A DNA stretch of 26,987 nucleotides from Octopus sinensis (GCF_006345805.1 NW_021834031.1:1-26987); one strand, 5' to 3'; shown: positions 1-12,070, counted from the first letter of the stretch. Notes: generated by a model not told the origin, from the sequence alone. Numbers and translations: made by a program.

Positions 1-19
1 TCTTTTTCTGGCTGTCTAC

Positions 20-373
20 CTCTCTCTCTCTCTCACACACACACACACGCACATACGCACACACAAACGCACATCACTCTCTCATAGACACACGCACGTA
101 CACGACACACGCGCATGTACAGACACACGAGAGTGCGCCTATACACACGCACACACACACAAGCGTCCATGTTTTCTCTCATTTCCATGTGAGTATATAA
201 CACAGGCACACACACATAGACACACACAGATATGTACACAGACACAAACACGCACACACACACATACACACACACACATACGCAAACAACCATATTCTTT
301 CTCTCTCCCTCATTTCCTTCCTTACACATACACACAGATTCAGACACAGACACACACATACATACACACGCAT

Positions 374-411
<38 letters not shown>

Positions 412-710
412 GCGCAAACAACCATATTCTTTCTCTTTCCCTCATTTCCTTCCTTACACATACACACAGATTCAGACACAGACACACACATACGTACACT
501 CACGCACGCACACACAACACACACACACACACACACATACACACATACACACACACAGATCCACACAGACACACTCCTGTCCCTTCTTTCTCTGGCTTTC
601 TACTTCCTTTGGAAATCCTTCACCGCAAAAACCTCAACCACCAACACAAGCGCCGTTGTTCCCACCGCGCACACACACACACACATACGCCCACATATAC
701 ACTCGCGCGC
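20..710. repeat. Compound (CT)n/(CA)n microsatellite region
   Basis: Degenerate CA/CT dinucleotide runs read directly from the sequence. Confidence 0.95.
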
Positions 711-841
711 ATCCATCCTCCGGTTTTTCTAATCTATATCCTCTTTCAAGCAATTCCGTATTCCCCATCCTCACCTTTTGCCCCACGTCCACCTCGTCCT
801 CTCTTCTTCTTCTTTCTCCTCCTCCTACTTCTTCTCCTCGC

Positions 842-3800
842 TGTCACCACCACCACTACCACCACCACACGCACCCACCACACCACCACCACCACCACCA
901 CCACCACCACCACCACTACCCCCCACCTCCACCACCACCACCACGACCACCACCACACACCACCACCCCCACCACCACCACCACTACCACCACCTCACCA
1001 CCACTACCACCACCACCCACCGCCGCCCCACCACCACCACCACCTACCATCACCACACCACCCCCACAACACTACCACCACCACCACCAAAACCCACCAC
1101 CACCACTCCACCACCACTACCACACCACCACCGCCGCCGCCACCACCACCACTACCACCACCACCCCGCACCACCACCACCACCTCCACACCCACCACCA
1201 CCACCACCACCACCACCACCACCACCACCCACCACCACCACCAACACCACAACCACCACCACCAACCACCACCAACCACCACCCTACCACTACCACCACT
1301 ACCACCCACCCCACCACCACCCCACACTACAACCACCACACCAACCACCACACCACCTACCACCACCACACCACCTCCACCACCCACCACCCACCACCAC
1401 CACCACTACCACCACCACCACCGCCGCCGCCACCACCACCACCACACCACACCACCACCACCACCACCATAACCACCACTACCATCACCACACCACCATA
1501 CCACCACCACACCACTACCACCAACCACCACCACCACCACTACCATCACCACCAACCACCATACCAACCACCACCACCACCACCACCTCCACCACCACCA
1601 CCACCACCACCACCAACCACCACCACCACTACCACCACCAACCACCACTACAACCACACCACCACCACCACCACCACCCCCCACACTACCACCACCCCAC
1701 CACACTACCACCACCACCACCACCACCACCACCACCACCACCACTACACCACCACCACCACCACCACCACCACCTACCACCACCAACACCACCACCCCCA
1801 CCACCCGCCACCACCACCACCACGACCACCACCACCACCACCACCACCACCACCCACCACCTACCACCACCACACCACCACAACCACCACCACCACCGCC
1901 GCCGCCACCACCACCACCACCACTACCATCACCACCACCACCACCACTACCACCACCACACCAACCACCACCACTACACACCACCACTACCACCACCACC
2001 ACCACCCCGCCCCACCACCACCACACACCACCCCACCACCACCACCACCACCTCCACCACCACACCACCACCACCAACCACCACTACACCACCACCCCAC
2101 CACCACCACCACCCACAACTACCACCACTACCACCAACCACCACCACACACCACCACCACCACCCCCACCACCATCCCACCACCACTCACCACCACCACC
2201 ACCACTAACCACCACCACCACCTCCACCACCACCACCACCACCACACCACCACCTCCACCACCACCACCACTACCACCACCACCACCGCCGCCACCACCA
2301 CACCATCACCACAACCACCATCACCACCACCACCACCACCACTCCCACACACCACTACCACCTTCCACCACACCACACCACTACCACCACACCACCACCG
2401 CCGCCACCACCACCACAACCACCACCACCACCGCCCCGCCACCACCACTACCATCACCACAACACCAACACACACCAATACCACCACCACTACCACCACC
2501 ACCACCGACGCCGCCACCACCAACCACAACCACCACCCCCCCACCACCACCACCACACCTCCACCACCACCACCACCACCAACCACCACCACCACCACCA
2601 CACACCACCACACCACTACCACCACAACCACCACACCAGCAACCACCAACCACTACCCCACCCCACTACCACCACCACCCCCACCACCACACCACCACCA
2701 CCACACCACCACCACCACCACCAACCACCACCACCACCACCTCCACCACCACACTACCACACCACCACCACTACCACGCCACCACCACCAGCCGCACACA
2801 CCACCATCACCACAACCACCATCACCACCACCACCACCACTACCATCACCACCACCACACTACCATCACCACCACTACCACCACCACCCCCACCACCACT
2901 ACCATCACCACCACCCCACTACCACCACCCACCACCACCACCACCTCCCACCACCACCAACCACCACCACCACCACCACCACCACTCCACCACACCACCA
3001 CTACACCACCACCACCACACCACACCACACCACTGACCACCACCACCACCCCACCACACCACCACCACCACTACCACCACCACTCACCACCACCACAGAC
3101 CACCACCACCACCCCCACACCACCACCACCACCACCCTACCACCACCACAACCACCACCACACCACCACCACCGCCGCCACCACCACCACCACCACCACT
3201 ACCATCACCACCACCACCACCACTACCCCACCACCACCACCACCACCACTCCACCACCACCACTACCCTCCACCACCACCCACCACCACTCACCACCAAC
3301 AACCACCCCACCACCACCACCACCACCTCCACCACCACCACCACCAACCACCACCACCTACCCCACCACCCCACCACCACCCACACCACCACCACTCCCC
3401 CCACTACCACCACCACCACTACCACCACCCCCACACCACCACCCCCACCCCACCAACCACCACTACCACCACCACTCACCACCACCACCACCACTAACAC
3501 CACCACACCCTCCACCACCACCACCACCACCACCACCACAACCACCACCACCACCACTACCACCACCAACCACCGCCGCCGCCACCACCACCATCACCAC
3601 AACCACCATCACCACCTACCACCACCACCACTACAACCAACCACCACTAACCCACTCCACCACCACCACCACTACCACCACCACCACCGCCGCCACCACC
3701 ACCACCACAACCACCACCCCACCGCCCCGCCCACCACCACTACCATCACCACCACCACCACGACCACCCCACCACTACCACCACCACCACCACTACCACC

Positions 3801-4200
3801 CATCCACCACCACCACCTCACCACCACCTCACAACACCACCACCACCACACCACACACCACCGCCGCCGGCCACCACCACACCACCACAACCACCACCAC
3901 CACCACACAACCACCACTATGATCTCACCATCAGACTACGACCGCCACTTCCTCCCATAATACACCTACCACCACTACAGTTAAATTACCACCACCACCA
4001 CCACCACCACCACCACCACCACCTCTACCAGCACCAGCATCACACCATCATGCTACAATGACCACTACTACTACCACCAACACCACCATTACACATACAA
4101 CCACTACCGCCACCACCACCACCACCACCACCACATCACAACCCATCCTCACCACAGCCACCACTACAATCGCCTCTAACCCATGCATATCACCACCACT
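842..4200. repeat. ~3.4 kb degenerate (CCA)n trinucleotide tract
   Basis: Continuous CCA/ACC units with CTA, CCG, ACA and TCA variants and frequent 1-bp slips. Confidence 0.97.
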
Positions 4201-4229
4201 ATCCACTGTAGCAGCAACAGCAACACAAC

Positions 4230-4398
4230 CAACAGCAGCGGCAGTAGCAGTAGTAGTAGCAGTAGCGGCAGTAGCAGCAGTAGGATTTTCTTTTCGTCTT
4301 TTGTTTCTTTTAGTCTGTTTGTTGTTGATAATGTTGTTAATGTCACTGTTCTTTTTATCTTTCCTCTCCTCGTCCTACTCTCCTCCTCCTCCTCCTAT

Positions 4399-4435
<37 letters not shown>

Positions 4436-4528
4436 GCTGCTGCTACTACTACTACTACTACTACTGCTACTGCTGCTGCTTCTGCTGCTGTACTACTACT
4501 ACTACTACTACTACTGCTTCTGCTGCTG

Positions 4529-4584
<56 letters not shown>
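4230..4584. repeat. (GCA/GTA)n, (CCT)n and (TAC/TGC)n trinucleotide microsatellites
   Basis: Direct reading; the (TAC)n block spans 4396-4584. Confidence 0.9.
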
Positions 4585-4585
<1 letters not shown>

Positions 4586-4794
4586 TTCGGTTTATTTTTT
4601 TCTTTATTTCGTCGTTTTACTTTTGCTCCTCCTCCTCCTCCTCTTCTTCTTTTTATAGTTTCCTTTTCTTCTCTGTCTTCTTTCTTCCCCTCATTCAGCT
4701 TCTTTTTCTTTTTCTTTTTTTTTTATATCGCATCGTCATCATCGTCATCACCACCTCACAAACCTCAACCACCTACCCATCTTTCTACTAACTC

Positions 4795-4867
4795 ATCCAT
4801 CCAACCATCCATCCATCCATCCATCCATCCATCCAGCCAGCCAGCCAGCCAACCAGCCAGCCAACCT

Positions 4868-4903
<36 letters not shown>

Positions 4904-4920
4904 GGCAGGCAGACAGCCAG
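4795..4920. repeat. Compound tetranucleotide microsatellite (CCAT)n-(CCAG)n-(GACA)n
   Basis: Direct reading. Confidence 0.92.
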
Positions 4921-4994
4921 CCCGTCCGCCAGCGAAACGTCCCTCGTATCCTTGAGGCAGTTTATACATTATCGAGCAGAAAAAAAGGTGGGAG

Positions 4995-5346
4995 GTGTGT
5001 GTGTGTATGTGTGTGTGTGTGTGTGTGGATCCAATCAAGCGTTGGAAGTACAGAAAGTAATTAAGTATAAGAACAACGCCACGCATAATCTTCAAGCGTG
5101 TATGTATGTATGCGTCTGCGTGTGTATCTGTCTGTGTGTGTGTGTGTTTTTATGTGTTTTCGTAAATGTATGTGTAAATATATGTATGCATATGTATGCA
5201 TGTATACATGTATGGATCTATACACACTTGCACACACACACACACACACACCACACACACATGCATATACATGCACTCGTATATACATACACATAAACAT
5301 ACATATATATATATGCACACATATATAAACATATACAAAAGGGTAT

Positions 5347-5391
<45 letters not shown>

Positions 5392-5491
5392 TGTCTTTGC
5401 TAAGTGGCAGTTGCAGCAGCGTCAAAGACTGTAGTAAGCAACAGCAGCACCAGTGGTAGTAGTAGTAATAGTAGAAGAAGTAGTAGTAGTA

Positions 5492-5551
<60 letters not shown>

Positions 5552-5580
5552 CAGTAGGAAGGGAGAAGGAGGAGGAGGAG
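4995..5580. repeat. (GT)n, (TATG)n, (CA)n, (TAG)n and (GAG)n microsatellite cluster
   Basis: Direct reading. Confidence 0.9.
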
Positions 5581-5627
5581 GAGAATACAAAATAACAATG
5601 GTGACATTATATATATATCAAATAAGG

Positions 5628-5904
5628 AGATAGAATGATCAGGCTTTAGTCAAATTACAACAATTGTTTCTGTGCATTAGTAACAGCTGTTAGTTGCTGA
5701 GTTAACCATATTATACATATTCTTATATAAATATTTACAGAAACATGATCTAGCAGCAGCTGCGTACTGGCACATCATCAAGCGAGTGGCTTTAAAAGCA
5801 CGGTAGTACTCTCAAAACTATACACTTGATGTCGTGTAACGTGGAAAACTCAGCAACTATCAGCTGTTACTAATGCACGGAAACAATTGTTGTTCATTCT
5901 GTCT
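5628..5904. repeat. Inverted repeat pair: 47-bp arms 5657-5703 / 5847-5893 plus 11-bp outer extension 5628-5638 / 5894-5904
   Basis: acaacaattgtttctgtgcattagtaacagctgttagttgctgagtt versus the reverse complement of the right arm: 2 mismatches. Outer agatagaatga / tcattctgtct has 1 mismatch, separated by an 18-bp insert on the left only. Confidence 0.92.
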
Positions 5905-6064
5905 TGTTTTACAAATTGTTATAGGAGTTCTGCTTACATTAACGGATCTCCGCATGTATATCCTGTAAAAAGAGTATTCTTGGTGTATGACAGCATTTGG
6001 TGACTGATAACTGTAGATGAGTTTTGAAATGCACGGTATAAGGTTATCATATCACCTAGATAGC

Positions 6065-6111
<47 letters not shown>

Positions 6112-6193
6112 GGTCCCGGGTTGAGTCGGGGTTAACCACAGTAAATAAGGTACTCAATACATAGCAGAGTAAATTAATTTATTATATAGAAGG

Positions 6194-6245
6194 AGCTTCT
6201 ACACAGACTAGAACTGTTTCATTCAAAAGAAATCATCAGGAAGCT
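6194..6245 (-). ncRNA. Type I hammerhead ribozyme motif (inverted copy)
   Basis: Reverse complement reads AGCTTC-CTGATGA-TTTCTTTTGAAT-GAAA-CAGTTCTAGTCTGTG-TA-GAAGCT. Helix III is ACA/TGT (3 bp), triplet GTA. AATAAA lies about 10 nt downstream. Confidence 0.75.
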
Positions 6246-6301
6246 AGTAGACAAGAGTTGTTTTGGCATTCATACATATGCCAAAACAACTCTTGTCTAC
6301 T

Positions 6302-6352
6302 AGCTTCCTGATGATTTCTTTTGAATGAAACAGTTCTAGTCCTGTAGAAGCT
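6302..6352 (+). ncRNA. Type I hammerhead ribozyme motif
   Basis: Helix I AGCTTC(6302-6307)/GAAGCT(6347-6352); core CTGATGA(6308-6314); helix II T.T, TTC/GAA with TTTT loop; GAAA(6327-6330); helix III ACAG/CTGT with loop containing CTAG; cleavage triplet GTA, cut after A6346. Confidence 0.82.
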
Positions 6353-6375
6353 CCTTCTATATAATATATATATAT

Positions 6376-6407
<32 letters not shown>

Positions 6408-6416
6408 ATATACCCG

Positions 6417-6526
6417 GATGATCCGGTTCTTGACTGAAGATTGAAGGCTTCGAATGTCCCGTCCGTGTTTTTTGTATCGTCCCCTAAATGTTTTGCGTTC
6501 TTGTCCCAGTTTGTAGTATTTTTATA
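6417..6526 (+). repeat. Interspersed repeat copy, inverted partner of 6850-6959
   Basis: gatgatccggttcttgactgaagattgaaggcttcgaatgtcccgtc... aligns at roughly 80% by eye with the reverse complement of 6850-6959. Confidence 0.8.
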
Positions 6527-6534
6527 CATGTATA

Positions 6535-6717
6535 CAATATATATATATATATATATATAATATATATATATATATCTAATATGTATGTATGTATAGATAT
6601 ATATATATATATATATATATATATCTATTATATGTAGTTATGTTTATATATGTATATGTATATATTATATTATATATATATTATATATATATATATGGGT
6701 GTGTGTGTGTATATGTA

Positions 6718-6786
<69 letters not shown>

Positions 6787-6797
6787 ATGTATATATA
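6535..6797. repeat. (TA)n-rich microsatellite
   Basis: Direct reading. Confidence 0.95.
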
Positions 6798-6849
6798 GAA
6801 GAAAGGGGGTACGATTACTACGCAATAATATATGTTATAAAAATTATAA

Positions 6850-6959
6850 TATAAAAATTACAAAAGGGGACAAAAACGCAAAACACACAAAGAGACGTCA
6901 CAAAAAAAAACAGACGGGTCATTCGAAGCCTCTAATCTTCAGTCGGGAACCGGATCATC
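6850..6959 (-). repeat. Interspersed repeat copy, inverted partner of 6417-6526
   Basis: Reverse complement gatgatccggttcccgactgaagattagaggcttcgaatgacccgtc... Confidence 0.8.
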
Positions 6960-7281
6960 TTAGCAATTTCGGCTGATTAATCCTGATATCGCTCCGATCC
7001 GGCCAGCCCCAAGGAAAAACTAAGCTACGAGCATTAGATTTCTTGGAAAAAGGATCGAATGTATACGAAACAAGGACAGAAAACCGGACGATGCCAAAAT
7101 TCAGTAAAAATTTAGATTCAGATGAATATGGTACTTAAGTTAAAAGCACCAGAATTTAGTATGGTATTATCCATATAATTCAATTAAATGTTCAATTAAA
7201 TGGAGTCGCATGAAACGATCGTACTGCATTACCTCTGGATATCCTTGTTGGTTATTTTGAGTATATATATATATAATATAG

Positions 7282-7314
<33 letters not shown>

Positions 7315-7341
7315 ACAATTGCACCGTGGAATTATTAGATT

Positions 7342-7487
7342 CATTTAAATTTAATTTGTGTCAAAATATTTTTGTCGCTTTGAAACCGCGACCTGTTCAC
7401 TGACAAAGTTCGTGCTGAAGTTTTGTCATTGAATAGGTCGCGGTTTCAAAGCGAAGAAAATATTTTGAAGCAAATTAAATTTAAATG
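7342..7487. repeat. Palindrome with 66-bp arms (7342-7407 / 7422-7487) and 14-nt loop
   Basis: 6 mismatches in 66 ungapped positions. Preceded by (TA)n 7263-7310 and a ~31-bp tail. Confidence 0.92.
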
Positions 7488-7591
7488 CTGAAGTTAATCT
7501 AACGGCTTTATGTTTTTCAAATGGCTTCTCAACACCTTCAACGCTGCAGTTGTTTTTGCTTCAGCAAACGACTTCAGATCAAGTACTTGCT

Positions 7592-7895
<304 letters not shown>

Positions 7896-8116
7896 ACACA
7901 CACACACACACACTTCTGAATTTTGCATCAACCTGCTCGTTTTTTCTCGTGATTTTTCATGTATCTGCGTCCTGATTTTCAAATAGAAGACCATATACTC
8001 AAAGCCTGAATATTGCTTGGAGATATAAAGTACGTTAAGAAAACCTACCTAGTTGCGTGTCTTCTCAGCAAGAAACTATAAGTGTCGCTTATCTTTATAT
8101 ATATATATAATATATA

Positions 8117-8157
<41 letters not shown>

Positions 8158-8184
8158 GTATGCAAGTATATATGCATATATTGT

Positions 8185-9435
8185 TACTAGGAGAAATCAA
8201 AAATTAATCACACTTTCGCTAAAGTGTGAATAAAAGTTGGTACTCTTATGACTACGTAACAGAGGTTAGACCTTGATCGTTCCAGTTTTCCTTCTTGTGT
8301 TATAGACTAAGCATGGGTGTTCTGCTGGCAGTGTGCACTAAAAAAGAAACAAAGATCAATTGCCCGATTTCTCAGTTCTGAAGTTGTGTCAGGGGCTGAA
8401 ATTCATCGCAGATTTTAGTACAATACGGGTACGGCTCGCTACCGCGTATCGGGAATTTTTAAAATGGCTAGGCAGGGGGAAGTACGAAAAAATGGGAGGA
8501 CATCCGTCAACCTTCACCACTGATGTGAAGATTCAACAAGCTCGAGAGATGGTTCTGGTGAACTGACTAGTGACCATTTGCAGTATGTTCGCTGCAAATT
8601 TGTCATGGTTCTGCATACGAAATAATTCACGACAAGCTTCCTTTCCGTAAAGTCTGTACAAATGGGCGCCAAGAGAGCTTACCGAAGCGCATAAGCGCAT
8701 TCGTGTGGAGAGCTGTCAAGGCTTAATCGACAATCAATGAAAGCAAAGCGTGTTTTCTGAGAGAGAAGTCATAGAAGATATTTGGATACATCACTTTGAG
8801 CCAGAATCCAAAAGGTAGAGTATGGAGTGGAAACACCCGGTATCGCCAGCGAAAAGGAAATTCAGAATTCAACCTTCACAGAAAAAGCGATGATAACCGT
8901 TTGGTGGGGATGCAAATGGGCCTTTACTGGAGCATTACCTAGAAAAGAGGTTTGGAGTTACCAGTGTAGGCTACAGTGAAATGCTGGCCAACAAACCAAA
9001 ACCAACAATTCACACTAAACACAGAAGTCTATTGTCAAAACAAATGTTATTACTGCAGGCCAACGCATGTCCAGATGTGGCTACCCACATGGTCGAGGCC
9101 ATTGAAAAATTAGGTTTCGAGTTGCTGAAACATTCTGCATACAGTCCAGATCTCGTCCTTGCCAACTGTCATCTCTTTTGACCACTCACACATCCTTTAC
9201 GAGGTCGTCGATTTGCTACGGACAAAGAAGCGCGAGAAATGGTGCTTAAATGGTTGCGTGACCAATCAAAAATATGTTTTACATCGATGGAATAAGCAAG
9301 CTTGTGAACCGTTGGAAGAAATGCAACGATATGCAAGGAGACTTTATCGGAAAATGATGTAACTGTTCAACCCTTGGATTTCTTTTAATAAATTTCAGAA
9401 GCAAGAATATGTATAATCTTTGACTTACTCTTGTA
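8185..9435 (+). mobile_element. Decayed near-full-length mariner (DD34D-type) transposon
   Basis: Broken frames give SGAEIHRR, GHPSTFTTD, WIHHFEPESK and ...EKLGFELLKHSAYSPDL. Degenerate TIRs tactaggagaaatcaaaaatta / taatctttgacttactcttgta match at 16/22. Length ~1.25 kb. Confidence 0.88.
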
Positions 9436-9561
9436 CGTATATATACATCCATTAACACATAAATACATACACATATATTAATAGATATACATGTATGTAT
9501 GCATGGTTGTAAGCATAGACTTATATGTATGTCTCCACACACACACACACACACACACAAG

Positions 9562-9758
9562 GTCTTTTATTCTTTATTTGTTTCATATATTGGGACACCG
9601 CCTTCCAGAGTTTAGCCGAGCAAATCCATCCCAGTATTTTTTTGTTAAAGTCTGGTACTTATCTTAACAGCCTCTCTTGCCAGAACCGCTTGGTTACGGG
9701 GCCGTAAACAAATCAACATCGGTTGTCCAATGTTGTTGGGAGACAAACACAAAGACAC
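9562..9758 (-). mobile_element. 3' part of a SINE-like interspersed repeat between (CA)n runs
   Basis: Minus strand contains ...gttacgg(c)cccgtaac...ataagtacc...aaggcggtg... and ends in the A-rich gaaacaaataaagaataaaag. It resembles abundant octopus SINE tails as I recall them. Confidence 0.55.
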
Positions 9759-9789
9759 GTACTCATACACACATACAACGACGGGATTC

Positions 9790-10395
9790 TTTTTGTGTGT
9801 AAGTGGATAAAGATATTTGAAGAACCTAAAAAAGGGGAAACCAGCGTTGAAAATGAACCCTATAGTAGGAGATCATCGACTGCAACCTTTGACTCGGATT
9901 GCCAGTGAATAGGACGAATTGATTGGTGCAGTCATGATCCTCGAGATTGTGGCACAATTGGACTATGATCGAAAGGAATTATAGGCATTGGAAAACCTTG
10001 GATATCGGAAAATGCATGAACAATGGGTGATGCATCATGGATTTTTGAATACGACACCGAAACAAAACGCAAAAGTTAGGAGCGGCGAACTGCAAACTCA
10101 CCGCAGCCAAAAAATAACGAGAACGAGTAAATCTGAGTCGTCTATAAAGAATCCATGCGTCAAGGTCAATCAGCATTTTTACCGTAAGGTCTTTGAAAGG
10201 CTGAGGAAACGGGTTGCTCGCGTGAGGCCAAACATCAAAAGATATCTGGATGCTGCATCACGACAATGCGCTTTGTCACACGGCGCCTTCGATTACAGGG
10301 TTTGGAGCACGGAAAAGCATCCCTGTTGTCCTTCAGTCTCCGTATTCGCCTGACGTGAGTCCGTGTAACTTCTTTCTTTCCGAGATTAAAAGTTG
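9790..10395 (+). mobile_element. Mariner transposase remnant B
   Basis: KWIKIF..GETSVENEP, YDTETK, FYRKVFERLRKRVARVRP, LHHDNALCH, PYSPDVSPCNFFL in shifting frames. Confidence 0.88.
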
Positions 10396-10399
10396 CAGA

Positions 10400-10660
10400 T
10401 TAAAAAGTGTCAACTTGGCTACTGACATCGGATTTAAAGGAAAGAATGTTGAAAGACTGCTCTGATGTTTTGGAAGTGCTTGAGGTCAATGAAGATACGT
10501 CTCCATCCCCGACCTAGTGAACTGAAATTAAATATGGTCGTATCTTTATGACACTGAAACAAAGGCTTAGTTCATAGAATGGCGTAATAATTCTTCTCTA
10601 AGTTCTAAGAAGTTCAAAGCCAGCGATCGGCGCAGAAAATCGTAGTAGCTGGTTTTTGAG
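10400..10660 (+). mobile_element. Mariner transposase fragment C (linker to first catalytic region)
   Basis: KVSTW..LTSDLKER..CSDVLEVLEVNED and WSYLYDTETK..EW....KKFKAQRS resemble the WVPR..TGDETW.Y.YDPETK motifs. Confidence 0.7.
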
Positions 10661-10799
10661 TTTGGAGAAAGTTTAGAGAATCTATTAGGAGAAAGAAACT
10701 GAGCAAGAATCTGAAAATAATCCACATTCATCTTTGGCAACAAATGTGGTAACCAGCGAATTGAGCTAGTCATTGCCACCCCAACTATACACAATACTA

Positions 10800-11415
10800 C
10801 CAGGGTCATTTTCAATCCGTTCCAGAAGATCAAAGCACACTTCTTTCCTGTAGCCTTTTTGCTTAGCAGTGAGATTTTGGGTCTAAACTTGACTGGTGGG
10901 TCTAAACGTGATGAACAGTAATGTGGTTCAAATTTAGCTTCTCTGCAATCTCTCTGAGGTTAACCGACGGCAGATCACAGGAAGTCTCTGATTAATTCTA
11001 CATTTTCGTCATTTCTTGAAGTTGATGGCCCTCCTGAACGGGGGTCATTTTCAACGGATTCTCGAACTTCTAAAATGCTTTGAACCATTTGAAAACCTCT
11101 GCTCTTGAAAAAGTAGTCTTCCTGTAAGCCAGTTGAAATCTTGCCCAAGTTTCAGTGGCGCTGTGTCCGAGTTTGAAACAAATCTTGGTCGTTGGGGGTT
11201 ACTCGTAACTGTTTCTCGCTCATTTTCAGGACACACAAAACAAAACCACTTCGTAAAACGTGCACTCACTGTTCACGCGTTAAAACCATGTGGTTGCTGC
11301 TTGAACTGAAGTTATAGGGGACGTTGATCTGGTAACACCGTAAAGAGGAACCCCGTAGTATGGCCAGATCAAATGCTATGAGATTAGTCTTATTACTTTA
11401 TTTACTGACCTCGTA
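10800..11415 (-). mobile_element. Mariner 5' half (TIR plus HTH region) D
   Basis: Minus strand begins tacgaggtcagtaaataaag (TA + mariner-like TIR). Translations give ICFKLGHSATET, AEVFKWFKAF, ESVENDPRSGGPSTSRNDENV, LERIENDP. Confidence 0.85.
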
Positions 11416-11755
11416 GTCCGACGCTCTACTGATTTTATCATCTCACCTAGTTTTATTTGCCAAGCCTCTAACAAGGCCTGATATTTTTGTAACGGTTGTT
11501 AAGTCGGTTAAATTGGCGTCAGTACTAAATGAAAAGTGAAGTTGACCGCAGCGAGACATGTAATATTTTGAATAAATTTTTGTTGCTCTTGTACGTAGAT
11601 GTATAAGCATCACAGATTCATGTCTCGTAAAATTATGAGAAAATTTTGATAAGATCAATAAACGTTTATGATAATTTCTACTTAGGGCAGGAATGAAAAG
11701 CAGAAACAGAAGAAAAACAATACAGAATCTGATCTGGATTGTTAGGCAGGCAGAC

Positions 11756-11758
<3 letters not shown>

Positions 11759-11808
<50 letters not shown>

Positions 11809-11915
11809 AGCTAGATAGATAGATAAAGATGATAGATATATAAAGATAGACAGATAGATAGATATATAAAGATGAGCGGAGAGAGAGAGTGAGAAAGAGA
11901 GAAATAGATTGATAA

Positions 11916-11988
<73 letters not shown>

Positions 11989-12070
11989 GAAAATGTGAAA
12001 GAAAGAGACAGAGTGAAAGAGAAGAAGAGAAAGAATGAAGAATAGAGAGACAGAGAGAGAAAGTGAAGAG
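11759..12070. repeat. (TA)n, (GATA)n and (GA)n compound microsatellite
   Basis: Direct reading. Confidence 0.93.

Larger units (their letters stand above)
6109..6365. mobile_element. Palindromic non-autonomous element in (TA)n, Penelope-like pseudo-LTR type, hammerhead-bearing
   Basis: Arms 6181-6269 and 6278-6365 are near-perfect (one small indel/mismatch) with an 8-nt loop. A 72-bp one-sided tail lies at 6109-6180 and (TA)n is on both sides. Each arm contains a hammerhead motif. Confidence 0.75.

Noticed and set aside
33-5595. Long ORFs up to 1088 aa (His/Pro/Thr-rich, Val/Cys-rich, poly-Leu)
   Set aside because: They are translations of (CA)n, (CCA)n and (TAC)n tracts that lack stop codons in several frames on both strands; no domain content.
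5847-5900. GAAACAATTGTT with palindromic ACAATTGT resembling a dimeric hammerhead helix III
   Set aside because: The upstream core reads CTAATGC (G5 and A9 lost) and no helix I partner exists.
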